Source: Pseudodesulfovibrio mercurii (GTDB taxonomy: Bacteria; Desulfobacterota; Desulfovibrionia; Desulfovibrionales; Desulfovibrionaceae). From it: a DNA stretch of 32,000 nt. A program made the translations under genes and the position numbers. Of the stretch, positions 9,722 to 18,134 are shown piece after piece (the stretch's first letter is position 1; each line of letters begins with the position of its first letter). The notes beneath the pieces are model-generated. The model saw only the letters and a program-made list of their open reading frames with translations. It had not been told where the DNA came from and did not search any database. Location of the stretch: positions 2,340,001 through 2,372,000 of the forward strand of contig NC_016803.1 of NCBI RefSeq assembly GCF_000189295.2, in the 5' to 3' direction.

Positions 9722-10363
9722 GAATGCCTCCGGCGGCCCCTTCGGGGGGAGCCCTCGCCGGGCGGCGTCTCCGACGGGCAGGGCGCTGCCCTGCACCCGC
9801 TCAAGGCCGAGGGCCTTGAGAATCCCATGTTCGCTTCGCTCAGGGGCGTACGGCGGCGGAAGGCTTGGCAAGGGACGCCTTCCGCCGTGCCGGTGTGCGA
9901 TTTCGGGCAGAAAAAACGGATGGGACGGCGTGCTGCTTCACCGAACGAAGCACGCCGTTTTTTCTGCCCGAAATCGCGGGGTTTGTTTTTTTAAGAAGGG
10001 AATAACCCGCTAAAAAGTGCCGTTCCGCCGCTTTTTACCAACGCCGCGAAACCGTCAAAACGGGTTCCGCCGACCTCTCCGGCGGCGTTGGGCAACCGTC
10101 CTGAAGGGTTCGCGCCGGGCGGCCCTCCGAGGCCCGTGGCCGTCCGGCGCGAACCCTTCGGGACACCGCCTGCCCGCCCCCGGCCAATCCCGCCGCCAAC
10201 AATCTCCCCCCTTCCGCCCCGCTCCCAACCCGCACATCCCCCCGCGTCCGCACGCCCCTGCCGAAGGCACACAAAAAAGTTTGGGAGAGTCCAGAGAACC
10301 CTTTCCAAAGGGTTCTCTGGCCGCCGGAGGCGCCTGCCCGGCGAGGGCCCGCCGGGGGCATTC
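9722..10363 (+). repeat. composite hairpin-rich intergenic element, copy A (forward), bounded by terminal inverted repeats
   Basis: The left end is GAATGCCTCCGGCGGCCCC and the right end is GGGCCCGCCGGGGGCATTC. It contains an 81-nt nested hairpin (9897-9977) and a 30-bp perfect palindrome, CCAGAGAACCCTTTCCAAAGGGTTCTCTGG (10291-10320). It fills the gap between convergent mobA and the HDOD gene. Confidence 0.85.
9897..9977. terminator. bidirectional terminator-like nested hairpin inside repeat copy A
   Basis: The outer arms are GCGATTTCGGGCAGAAAAAACGG and CCGTTTTTTCTGCCCGAAATCGC. The inner GC stem is GGCGTGCT(gc)TTC / GAAGCACGCC, flanked by an A6 run and a T6 run. Confidence 0.6.
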
Positions 10364-10373
10364 CCCGGCTTGT

Positions 10374-11594
10374 CTAGAAGAAGGCGCTCATGACCAGGTC
10401 GATTTGGGCGGCGTATTGGCTGACGGCCTGGTGGAGGGTGATTTCGGGGTCGAGTCCGAGGAGTTCCCAGGCCTGTTCGTCGAGGCCGGGCATGACGTAC
10501 ATGCCGCCCTGGGCGATTTCCACGGCATTGGTCAGGTTGTCGGCCACGTGGATGACGGCGGGTTCCAGGGGGTTGGGGTAGGCCATGGGGTTGTGGTGGT
10601 AGTTGATCATGACGGCCAGGCTTTCGGGGAATTTCCAGGCTGCGAGCAGGGGTTTGCTGATGTCGGTGTGGTTGAACTCCATGACGGTCTGTTCGGCGTC
10701 CACCAGGGGCAGGCAGTTTTCGCGGGCGAAGAGCATGGCCTCGGTGGAGGCGTAGGGCAGTTTCTTGAACAGGATGAGTCGGCCCACGTCGTGGAGCAGG
10801 CCGCCGATGAAGAACCGTTCGGGGGACAGGCCGGACTGGGTCCCGGCGAGCATGCGGGCGAAGATGCCGCAGGTGATGGAGTGTCGCCAGAAGGACGGCA
10901 TGTCCACGAGTTCGGGCGGGATGTCTTTGAAATAGTTGATGGCCGAGATGCCGAGCGCCAGGGTGGACAGCTCCTTGCCGCCGACCAGGGCCACGGCGCG
11001 GGTGATGGAGTCGATGGTCTGGGGGAAGCCGTAGAGGGGCGAGTTGACGAGTTTGAGGAGTTTGGCGGACAGACTCATGTCGGTGCTGACGACCTTGGCC
11101 ACGCGGTCGGCCGAGGCGGCGTTGTCTTCGAGGACCTCCTTGATGCGGAAGAAGATGTCCGGGAAGCTGGCCAGTTCGGTCTCGTGCTCGACGATGGTTT
11201 CGGGGGAGCCCATGCCCTGGGTGAAGATGTCGTCCAGGTGTTCGACGTTGGCGGCGCGGCGCTCGTCCGGGTCGGGCAGTTTCCAGCCGTCGGCCACGGC
11301 GCGGGCGGTCAGTTCCAGGGCGATGTGGAACATCTCGATGACGGCCGGGTGGTCCGGGTTCACGTACAGGAAGAATTCGCGGACGTAGTCCTCGATGGCC
11401 AGCAGGTCGTCTTCGGACAGGTCGGACAGGTCCGGGGCCACGTCGGCCTCGGTCACGCCCGTGCGCCGGAGCAGTTCCAGCTGGCGGTCGGCCAGTTCGG
11501 TGCCGCTGCGGAAGAGCAGTCTGCCGTCCCTGGCGACCAGGTCCGAGGCCAGGATCATGCCCGCCTTGAGTTCGTCCAAGCGTTTCATGCTCAT
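10374..11594 (-). CDS. HDOD domain signalling protein
   Basis: The HDOD core is FPDIFFRIKEVLEDNAASADRVAKVVSTDMSLSAKLLKLVNSPLYGFPQTIDSITRAVALVG ... GLLHDVGRLIL. It starts 4 nt after the cheR stop. Confidence 0.85.
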   Translation of the reverse strand: MSMKRLDELKAGMILASDLVARDGRLLFRSGTELADRQLELLRRTGVTEADVAPDLSDLSEDDLLAIEDYVREFFLYVNPDHPAVIEMFHIALELTARAVADGWKLPDPDERRAANVEHLDDIFTQGMGSPETIVEHETELASFPDIFFRIKEVLEDNAASADRVAKVVSTDMSLSAKLLKLVNSPLYGFPQTIDSITRAVALVGGKELSTLALGISAINYFKDIPPELVDMPSFWRHSITCGIFARMLAGTQSGLSPERFFIGGLLHDVGRLILFKKLPYASTEAMLFARENCLPLVDAEQTVMEFNHTDISKPLLAAWKFPESLAVMINYHHNPMAYPNPLEPAVIHVADNLTNAVEIAQGGMYVMPGLDEQAWELLGLDPEITLHQAVSQYAAQIDLVMSAFF

Positions 11595-11597
11595 GGC

Positions 11598-12494
11598 CTA
11601 TTCCTCCTTCTTGTACGCGATGGCCCCCGCGTTGAGGACCGGCCGGAAGGACTGGGATATCTTGTGCAGGGACTCGGAGTGCCCGACCAGCAGGTAGCCG
11701 CCGGGCAGGAGGTTGTCGTAGAAGGCCTGCACGACCTTGCGTTTCATGGCGTCGTCGAAATAGATGATCACGTTGCGGCAGAAGACGATGTGGGAGCGCG
11801 GCACGCGCTTCACGGCCAGGGCGTCGTTCAGGTTCAGGGGCTGGAAGTTGACCAGTTTGCGGATGCGCGGGTCGAGTTCCCAGCCGCCCTCGACCGGTTT
11901 GAAGTACCGCTTGCGGATCTCGTCGGGCGTGGTCTTGAAGGCGTACTCGGAGTAGATTCCGGCCCGGGCCTTGTCGATCATCTCCTCGGACAGGTCCACG
12001 GCGGTGATGGATATCTTCCAGCGGGCGATCTCGGCCTTGAGGGTCTCGAGCAGGAGGAAGACCAGGGTGTAGGGCTCCTCGCCGGACGAGCATCCGGCGG
12101 ACCAGATATTCAGTTCCAGCCTGCCCGCCTTGCGCTGGCGGTCCAGGATTTCCCTGAGAAGGTTGTCGCGGAAGGAGTCGAGCTGCTTGGTGTCGCGGCA
12201 GAAGCTGGTCTCGTTGGTGGTGACCAGCTCGAAGACCCGCTGGAGTTCCTGGCCCCGGTCCACCTTGAGGTATTTGACGTAGTCGCTGAAGCTGGTCAGG
12301 CCGAGCTGGCCCAGCCGCCGGGAAAAGCGGCTCTCGAACAGGTACTTGCGCTTCTCGTCCACATAGATGCCGCTCTTGTCGTAAATGAAGTCGCGCAGGT
12401 CCACGAACTCCTGGTCCGTGATCTTGACGCCCTTCCGCAGCGATGTGGATTTACTGAATAATGTACTCATGCGCCGTTTTCCGGCCCGGTCCAT
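11598..12494 (-). CDS. cheR: chemotaxis protein methyltransferase CheR
   Basis: It has the CheR N-terminal helical domain (ITDQEFVDLRDFIYDKSGIYVDEKRKYLFESRFSRRL) and a SAM-binding domain (IWSAGCSSGEEPYTL, VFCRNVIIYFD). The start may instead be the ATG at 12470. Confidence 0.9.
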   Translation of the reverse strand: MDRAGKRRMSTLFSKSTSLRKGVKITDQEFVDLRDFIYDKSGIYVDEKRKYLFESRFSRRLGQLGLTSFSDYVKYLKVDRGQELQRVFELVTTNETSFCRDTKQLDSFRDNLLREILDRQRKAGRLELNIWSAGCSSGEEPYTLVFLLLETLKAEIARWKISITAVDLSEEMIDKARAGIYSEYAFKTTPDEIRKRYFKPVEGGWELDPRIRKLVNFQPLNLNDALAVKRVPRSHIVFCRNVIIYFDDAMKRKVVQAFYDNLLPGGYLLVGHSESLHKISQSFRPVLNAGAIAYKKEE

Positions 12495-12575
12495 GGGCCG
12501 TTATCCCAGCGTGAGCATTACTGCACATGGTCGGGCCAAGGCCAGTATAAATTGTTGAATATAACGGGGCGCGGG

Positions 12576-13661
12576 CTAGGCGCGCAGGTAGGTCCGGACC
12601 GGTTCCCGGCCGCACAGGGCGCGCGAGGCGCCTTCGGCCAGGGCGGACATCTCCACCTCGCCGGGGACCACCTCCACCGGGCCGAGGAAGCGCACCTGGC
12701 GGGTGATCTCGTCCACCAGGGCCGCGCTCCGGGAGAGCCCGCCGGTCAGGACCACGGCGGCCAGATCCAGGCGACCCTCTTCGTCGGTCAAGGCCGGGGC
12801 CATGGAGACCACGTACCGGGCCATGCCGTAGGCCATGGCCCGGAAGACCAGTCCGGCCCGCTCGTCGCCCCGGTCCATGCGGGCCAGGACCTCGCGCGGG
12901 TCGTTGGTGCCCAGGTGGGCGGTCAGGCCGCCCTGGCGCAGGATGGTGGTGCGCAGCTCGGCGTACTCGCGCCGTCCCTGGTGGACCATGTCCAGGACCG
13001 GCACCAGGGGCAGGCTGCCGGTGCGTTCCGGGGTGAACGGCCCCTCGCCGTCCAGGGCGTTGATGACGTCCACCACCCGGCCCCGGCGGTGGGCCCCGAT
13101 GGACACCCCGCCGCCCATATGGCAGACGATGAAATTCGAGCGCGCGTAGTCCACGCCCAGCCGTCCGGCCGCGATGCGGGCCACCCCGCGCTGGTTCAGG
13201 GCGTGGAAGATGGACCGCCGCTCAAGCCCCGGCAACCCCGTCAGCCGGGCCTTGTCCATCATCTCGTCCGTGACCACCGGGTCCACCACGTAGGCGGGCA
13301 CGCCCCACTGCCGGGCCAGGGCCAGGGCCAGCATGCCGCCCAGGTTGCAGGCGTGTTCGCCATACCGGGCGTTTTGCAGGTCGTCGACCATTTCGTCCGA
13401 CACTTCGTAAACGCCCCCCTCCAGCGAGTGCAGCAGGCCGCCGCGCGCGACCACGGCCCGGATGCGTTTCGGGTCCGTGCCGGTCTTGCCCAGGAACTCG
13501 CCCACCAGGCGCATGCGGAAGTCGAACTGGTCGGCCACCCGGACGAATCCGGCCATGTCCTCGCGGGCGTGCTGAAGCTCCTCGGCGGCCAGGGTGTCGC
13601 CGCCCTTGTACAGGGCCACCTTGGTGGACGTGGAGCCGGGATTGATGACCAGGATGCTCAC
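12576..13661 (-). CDS. buk: butyrate (short/branched-chain acyl) kinase
   Basis: The N-terminus is SILVINPGSTSTKVALY with the ASKHA fold throughout. A GTG start at 13661 is preceded by GGAGGAG and overlaps the ptb stop (GTGA). Confidence 0.9.
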   Translation of the reverse strand: MSILVINPGSTSTKVALYKGGDTLAAEELQHAREDMAGFVRVADQFDFRMRLVGEFLGKTGTDPKRIRAVVARGGLLHSLEGGVYEVSDEMVDDLQNARYGEHACNLGGMLALALARQWGVPAYVVDPVVTDEMMDKARLTGLPGLERRSIFHALNQRGVARIAAGRLGVDYARSNFIVCHMGGGVSIGAHRRGRVVDVINALDGEGPFTPERTGSLPLVPVLDMVHQGRREYAELRTTILRQGGLTAHLGTNDPREVLARMDRGDERAGLVFRAMAYGMARYVVSMAPALTDEEGRLDLAAVVLTGGLSRSAALVDEITRQVRFLGPVEVVPGEVEMSALAEGASRALCGREPVRTYLRA

Positions 13662-14602
13662 GAGCGGCTCCTCCGGGACAGGACCGAGGCCAGGGCGATG
13701 GAGTGAAACTTGGACGCGTCCGAGTCGCCCCGGGACGGGACCACCACCGGCACCCGGCTGCCCACGACCACGGCGGCCATGACGCAGCCGCACAGGGTGG
13801 ACAGGGACTTGTAGAGCACGTTGCCCGCCTCGATGTTCGGGGTGACCAGGATGTCCGCGTTGCCCGCCACCGGGCTGTCGAACCGCTTGGTGGCCGCCAC
13901 CTTGCGGGACACGGCCAGGTCCAGGGAGAGGGGCCCGAGAACGCGGGCGTCGCCGAACTGGCCCTGGCGGGCCATCTTGGTCAGGATGTCGCCGTCCAGG
14001 GTGGCGGGCATGGCCGGATAGTTGATTTTTTCCGTGGCCGCCAGAATGGCCGCCCTGGGACCCTCCATGCCGAGCATCCGGGCCACGTCCAGGGCGTTCC
14101 TGAGAATCTCCACCTTGCGTTGCAGGGAGGGGGCGATGTTCACGCCCGGATCGGTCATGATCATCAGCCGCCCGTCCACCGGGGACTCGAACACCGCAAG
14201 ATGACTGAGGATGCGCCCGCCGTGCGGGACGCCGGTCTCCTTGTTGAGCACCGCCTTGAGCAGGGTGGCCGTGGGCACCAGCCCCTTCATGATCAGCTGG
14301 GCCTCGCCCTCGCGGAACAGCCGGACCGCCTCGAACACCGCCGCCCCGTCGTCGGCCGCGTGGACCTGCCGGAAGGGCGAGATGTCCAGGCCCCGCTCGT
14401 CCGCGATGCGCTTCGTCTCCTCCATGTCGCCGACGAGGATGGGCTCGGCCACGCCGCGCTCATAGGCCTCGATGCCCGCCCGGAGCACGAACCCCTCGGC
14501 GGACCGGGCGATGGCCACCTTGGGCATGTCCCCGGACCGGCCCAGGTCCAGGGCCGCCTGGACCAACCCGTCCAAACTGGTTATGGGCTGAAATTCCGAC
14601 AC
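13658..14602 (-). CDS. ptb: phosphate butyryltransferase (PTA_PTB family)
   Basis: At about 314 aa it has PTA_PTB-type sequence (ILVGD, IMKG, NIEAGNVLYK, GRILSHL). It abuts the ilvN-like stop and overlaps the buk start. Confidence 0.85.
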   Translation of the reverse strand: MSEFQPITSLDGLVQAALDLGRSGDMPKVAIARSAEGFVLRAGIEAYERGVAEPILVGDMEETKRIADERGLDISPFRQVHAADDGAAVFEAVRLFREGEAQLIMKGLVPTATLLKAVLNKETGVPHGGRILSHLAVFESPVDGRLMIMTDPGVNIAPSLQRKVEILRNALDVARMLGMEGPRAAILAATEKINYPAMPATLDGDILTKMARQGQFGDARVLGPLSLDLAVSRKVAATKRFDSPVAGNADILVTPNIEAGNVLYKSLSTLCGCVMAAVVVGSRVPVVVPSRGDSDASKFHSIALASVLSRRSRS

Positions 14603-15082
14603 TTACTCATCCCCGCGCTTGAGCGCGATCATCCCGGAACGGCACATGGACTTGATCCCGTAGGGCACGAGCATCTTGATCAGCCCGTCCACGCGCTCCT
14701 GGTCGCCGGACAGCTCCACGGTGACCGTGGTCTGGCCCATGCCGACCACGTTGGCCCGGAAGACCTCGAAGACCTGCATCAGCTGGCTGGTCTGGGCGGG
14801 CTCCATGGCCACCTTGATCATGACCAGCTCGCGGTCCACGAAGTCCTTGCGCGACAGGTCGTCCAGCTGGATGACCGCGTCCAGGGACTCCAGGTAGCGG
14901 CCCACCTTGTCGATGGCCTCGTCATCCCCGTCCACGCAGAGCACGATGCGGGACACCTGCGGGTTCTCGGTCTCCCCGGCGGCCAGGGACAGGATATTGG
15001 CGTCGTATTTGCCGCACTCGCGGGCCATCATGGCCAGAACGCCGGGCTCGTTGCGGCACAGGGCGGACAATGTGCGTTTCAA
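14603..15082 (-). CDS. ilvN: acetolactate synthase small (regulatory) subunit-like protein (ACT + ALS_ss_C)
   Basis: It is collinear with IlvH/IlvN by eye (LSALCRNEPGVLAMMARECGKYDANILSLAAGETENPQVSRIVL ... RELVMIKV ... TVELSGDQERVDGLIKMLVPYGIKSMCRSGMIALKRGDE). A TTG start at 15082 lies 7 nt after AAGGAG. The track ORF's longer N-terminus is not protein-like. Confidence 0.75.
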   Translation of the reverse strand: MKRTLSALCRNEPGVLAMMARECGKYDANILSLAAGETENPQVSRIVLCVDGDDEAIDKVGRYLESLDAVIQLDDLSRKDFVDRELVMIKVAMEPAQTSQLMQVFEVFRANVVGMGQTTVTVELSGDQERVDGLIKMLVPYGIKSMCRSGMIALKRGDE

Positions 15083-15131
15083 GGGGAATCTCCTTGTTGC
15101 GGTTGGCGTGCGCGGGTTTCCGCGCCCAAGC

Positions 15132-15159
15132 ACAATACGCGATACTCGGCCCATTGCAA
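15132..15159 (-). promoter_or_regulatory. candidate sigma70-type promoter for ilvN-ptb-buk (TTGCAA-16 nt-TATTGT on the minus strand)
   Basis: Hexamers were read by eye. The predicted leader of about 40-45 nt contains a GCGCGG-aaac-CCGCGC hairpin before the SD. Confidence 0.35.
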
Positions 15160-15241
15160 ATCTCTGCGAGCCGCTCCCGGCCGTGCCCGACGGCCGGTGC
15201 AAGTCGTTGACCGTGTCCCGGCGAAGACCTATCGTCCCCGC

Positions 15242-15637
15242 ATGGCTCCCCTTCCCCCCGAACCCGTTCCGGACCTGGCCCTTGCGGCAGACGATCCCGC
15301 CGCCTTCTGGCGGGCGATCGACGAGATCGTCAACAACTCCAGGCTGGTCATCGACCGGCCTGCGGGATCGCACCATCCGAAATACCGTCACGTGACCTAC
15401 CCCCTGGACTACGGGTACCTCGCGGACACGGCGTCCATGGACGGCGGCGGGATCGACGTCTGGCGAGGACGCTCCGGTTCGACCGAGCCCGTGGCCATCG
15501 CCTGCACCGTGGACCTGCTGAAGAAGGACAGTGAAATCAAGATACTGCTCGGCTGCACGCCGCAGGAGGTGGAAACCGTCCTGCGGTTCCACAATTCCAG
15601 CAAGTACATGAAGGCCATCGTCGTGACCCGGCCCTGA
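15242..15637 (+). CDS. short inorganic-pyrophosphatase-like protein (131 aa)
   Basis: The motif YPLDYGYLADTASMDGGGIDVW resembles the family I PPase core YPxNYGFIPxTxxxDGDPxDV. Codons are GC3-rich and the ATG is at 15242. Confidence 0.5.
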   Translation: MAPLPPEPVPDLALAADDPAAFWRAIDEIVNNSRLVIDRPAGSHHPKYRHVTYPLDYGYLADTASMDGGGIDVWRGRSGSTEPVAIACTVDLLKKDSEIKILLGCTPQEVETVLRFHNSSKYMKAIVVTRP

Positions 15638-15698
15638 ACCGGCCGCCCCCTTTCCGACGGCACCGCAACGCTTTCGACTGGCAACAACCTTCCGGGGC

Positions 15699-17141
15699 GT
15701 GTATGGTGGGTCCATCGTGATCCATTTTCTGCGCGAAAAACGGTGGTTTTTCCTCACCCTGGCCCTTCAGGCCGCCATGCTGCTCCTGCCCGCGCCCGAA
15801 GGCGTCACGCCCGAGGGCTGGCGCGTGCTGGTCATGACCGTGGGCGCGACCATCCTGTTCATCACCGAGCCCATCCCCCTGCCCGCCGTGGCCCTGCTCA
15901 TCGTTCTGGGCCAGGTCTTCCTCCTGGGCCTGGACTCCTCCCTGGTGGCCAAGTCCCTGATGAAGGACTCGGTCCTGTTCATCATGGGCTCCCTCATGCT
16001 CGCCGTGGCCCTGGTCAAACAGAAACTCGACAAGCGGTTGGCCCTGCTGATCATCCGGGTCACGGGCTCCAACACCTACTCCATCGCCTTCGGCATCTCC
16101 GTGTTCTCCGGCCTGCTCGCCTCCTTCATCGGCGAACACACCGTGGCCGCCATGATGCTGCCCGTGGCCCTGTCCCTGGTCCAGCTGGCCACCGACGACC
16201 AGAACCAACAGCGCGCCCTGGCCGTGCTCTTCCTCTTTTCCATCTCCTACGCCTGCGCCATGGCCGGCATCGGCACCCCGTCGGGCGGCGCGCGCAACGC
16301 CATCATGATCGACTACCTGCGCGACTTCTTCTACGCCCCGGACGACCCGGCCACCTTCCACTACTCCGTCTCCTACCTGCACTGGATGATCTACGCCTAC
16401 CCCATCTTCCTCATCCAGCTGCCGCTCATGCACCTCATCCTGCGCCGCACCTTCAGGACCGACCTGCACGACCTCGGCCCGGCCGTGGAAAAACTCAAGG
16501 AACAGGTGGGCAGCGAAGGGGCCCTGACCGGCCGCCACTACGTGGCCATCGCCCTCTTTCTCCTGACCCTGACCGGCTGGGTGGGCTTCTCCTCCCGCTT
16601 CGGCATGGGCACCATCGCCCTGCTCGGCGCGGTCCTCTTCCTGGTCACCGGCCTGGTCCGCTGGCAGGACCTCAACTCCGGCGTCAACTGGGGCGTGGTC
16701 CTGCTCTACGCCGCCGCCATCTCCCTCGGCGTCCAGATGCGCGACACCGGCGCGGCCGCCTGGGTCGCGGGCATGTTCATGGACGCGCTCGCCCCCTTCG
16801 GCCTCAACTCCGGCCTCGGCCTGCTCGCCGCCGTCATGCTCCTGACCACCTTCATCACCAATACCATGAGCAACGGCGCGGCCGTGGCCGTGCTCGGACC
16901 CATCGTCCTGACCATCGCCCTGGCCACCGAGACCAACCCCCTGGCCGTGGGCATGGTCACCGCCATATCCAGCGCCTTCGCCTACTTCACCGTCATCGGC
17001 ACCCCGGCCTCGACCATCGTCTACTCCTCGGGCTACCTGCGCCCCTCGGATTTCATGAAAGTGGGCTGGCGCATGGCCCTCATGTCCTTTATCGTGCTCC
17101 TGACGGCATCCAAACTGTACTGGCCGATCATAGGCCTCTAG
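15699..17141 (+). CDS. DASS/SLC13-family anion:cation symporter permease
   Basis: It is polytopic and carries both hairpin motifs typical of DASS transporters (GTPSGGARNAIM and TNTMSNGAAVAVL). The N-terminus PEGVTPEGWRVL...ITEPIPLPAVALL is also typical. The start is GTG at 15699 or 15717 and is uncertain. Confidence 0.85.
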   Translation: MYGGSIVIHFLREKRWFFLTLALQAAMLLLPAPEGVTPEGWRVLVMTVGATILFITEPIPLPAVALLIVLGQVFLLGLDSSLVAKSLMKDSVLFIMGSLMLAVALVKQKLDKRLALLIIRVTGSNTYSIAFGISVFSGLLASFIGEHTVAAMMLPVALSLVQLATDDQNQQRALAVLFLFSISYACAMAGIGTPSGGARNAIMIDYLRDFFYAPDDPATFHYSVSYLHWMIYAYPIFLIQLPLMHLILRRTFRTDLHDLGPAVEKLKEQVGSEGALTGRHYVAIALFLLTLTGWVGFSSRFGMGTIALLGAVLFLVTGLVRWQDLNSGVNWGVVLLYAAAISLGVQMRDTGAAAWVAGMFMDALAPFGLNSGLGLLAAVMLLTTFITNTMSNGAAVAVLGPIVLTIALATETNPLAVGMVTAISSAFAYFTVIGTPASTIVYSSGYLRPSDFMKVGWRMALMSFIVLLTASKLYWPIIGL

Positions 17142-17151
17142 GAACCTGCCC

Positions 17152-18084
17152 ATGACCCAGGACGACAAACTGCGAATCCTCATCTGCATCGGCGGCGGAC
17201 CCGAAGCCTACGCCGGACTGCGCTACGCCGTCCGACTAAGCAAAACCTCCTGCGCCGACATCACCCTGCTCTACGTCCGCCCCCTGGACAGCGGCCTCAA
17301 CTCCGGCGGCCTCGAAGTGCGCGTGGCCCGCGAAAACGTCCTGGACTGGGGCCTGGAACTGCCCGGACTGCGCCAGCTTAAACGCGCCCGCGACATCCTC
17401 GTGGAACTGGGCGAGATCGAACCCGGCCACAGCCGCGAATGGAAATACCGCGAAATCACGGGCGACCCGGCAGGCGAATACGTCCGCGACTACGAAAACC
17501 CCTGCGGCGGCCTCGTCTCGCTCCGCCTGCGCACCGCCGCCGACGTGACCACCGCCGTGTCCGACGAGGCCAAACGGTTCAACGCCGACGTGGTCATCGT
17601 GGGCGCGTCCCCCGAACCCCTGACCGGCCTCAAGAAACTCTTCTCCCGCAAACCCCTCGCCCTCCGGATCGCCGCCCACGTCCGCTGCTCCGTCATCCTC
17701 GCCCGCAACCTCGAACCCGGCCGCAACCACCTCGTCTGCGTCCAGGATACCGACCAGTCCCGGGCCATGCTCCCCATGGTCAGCCGCTACTTCCAGTCCT
17801 GCCAATACCCCGTGTCCATCCTGTCCGTGGCCCCCACCGAGGCCGACCTCGCCTCGGCCCAAAAAGCCGCCCAGGAAGCCGCCGAAATCCTCGGCAAACT
17901 CGGCACCACCCCCGCCGAAATCCTCGTCGAAGTCGGCGACCCCGTCGAAACCATCACCACCATCGGCTACGACTTCTCCCTCATCCTCGCCTCCGAATCC
18001 CTCAAACCCTGGTTCGCCAAAGGCTTCAGCGTCTCCCACGAAGTCGCCGAAAAAGCCCGCAACTCCGTCATGATCGTGAAATAA
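17152..18084 (+). CDS. tandem universal stress protein (UspA-like) domain protein
   Basis: It has two Usp-like halves (RILICIGGGPEAYAGLRYAV ... ADVVIVGAS ... SVILAR, and HLVCVQDTDQS ... DFSLILASES ... SVMIVK). It starts 10 nt after the permease gene. Confidence 0.8.
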   Translation: MTQDDKLRILICIGGGPEAYAGLRYAVRLSKTSCADITLLYVRPLDSGLNSGGLEVRVARENVLDWGLELPGLRQLKRARDILVELGEIEPGHSREWKYREITGDPAGEYVRDYENPCGGLVSLRLRTAADVTTAVSDEAKRFNADVVIVGASPEPLTGLKKLFSRKPLALRIAAHVRCSVILARNLEPGRNHLVCVQDTDQSRAMLPMVSRYFQSCQYPVSILSVAPTEADLASAQKAAQEAAEILGKLGTTPAEILVEVGDPVETITTIGYDFSLILASESLKPWFAKGFSVSHEVAEKARNSVMIVK

Positions 18085-18134
18085 CGGTCGGGGACAGGGA
18101 AGGCCTCCGTCGGGGCGTCGGAGGGATGAGCGAA

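Noticed and set aside
9482-10393. Short ORFs inside the repeat elements. Their peptides recur between copies, for example MPPAGPRRAG..., ...RTLWKGFSGLSQTF and ...LFSGLFPS. They also occur at 17967-18429, 23190-23793 and 31344-31985.
   Set aside because: The similarity is at the nucleotide level. Copies occur in both orientations, and module indels shift the frames. The peptides are low-complexity and Arg/Gly/Pro-rich. They are translations of a non-coding repeat.
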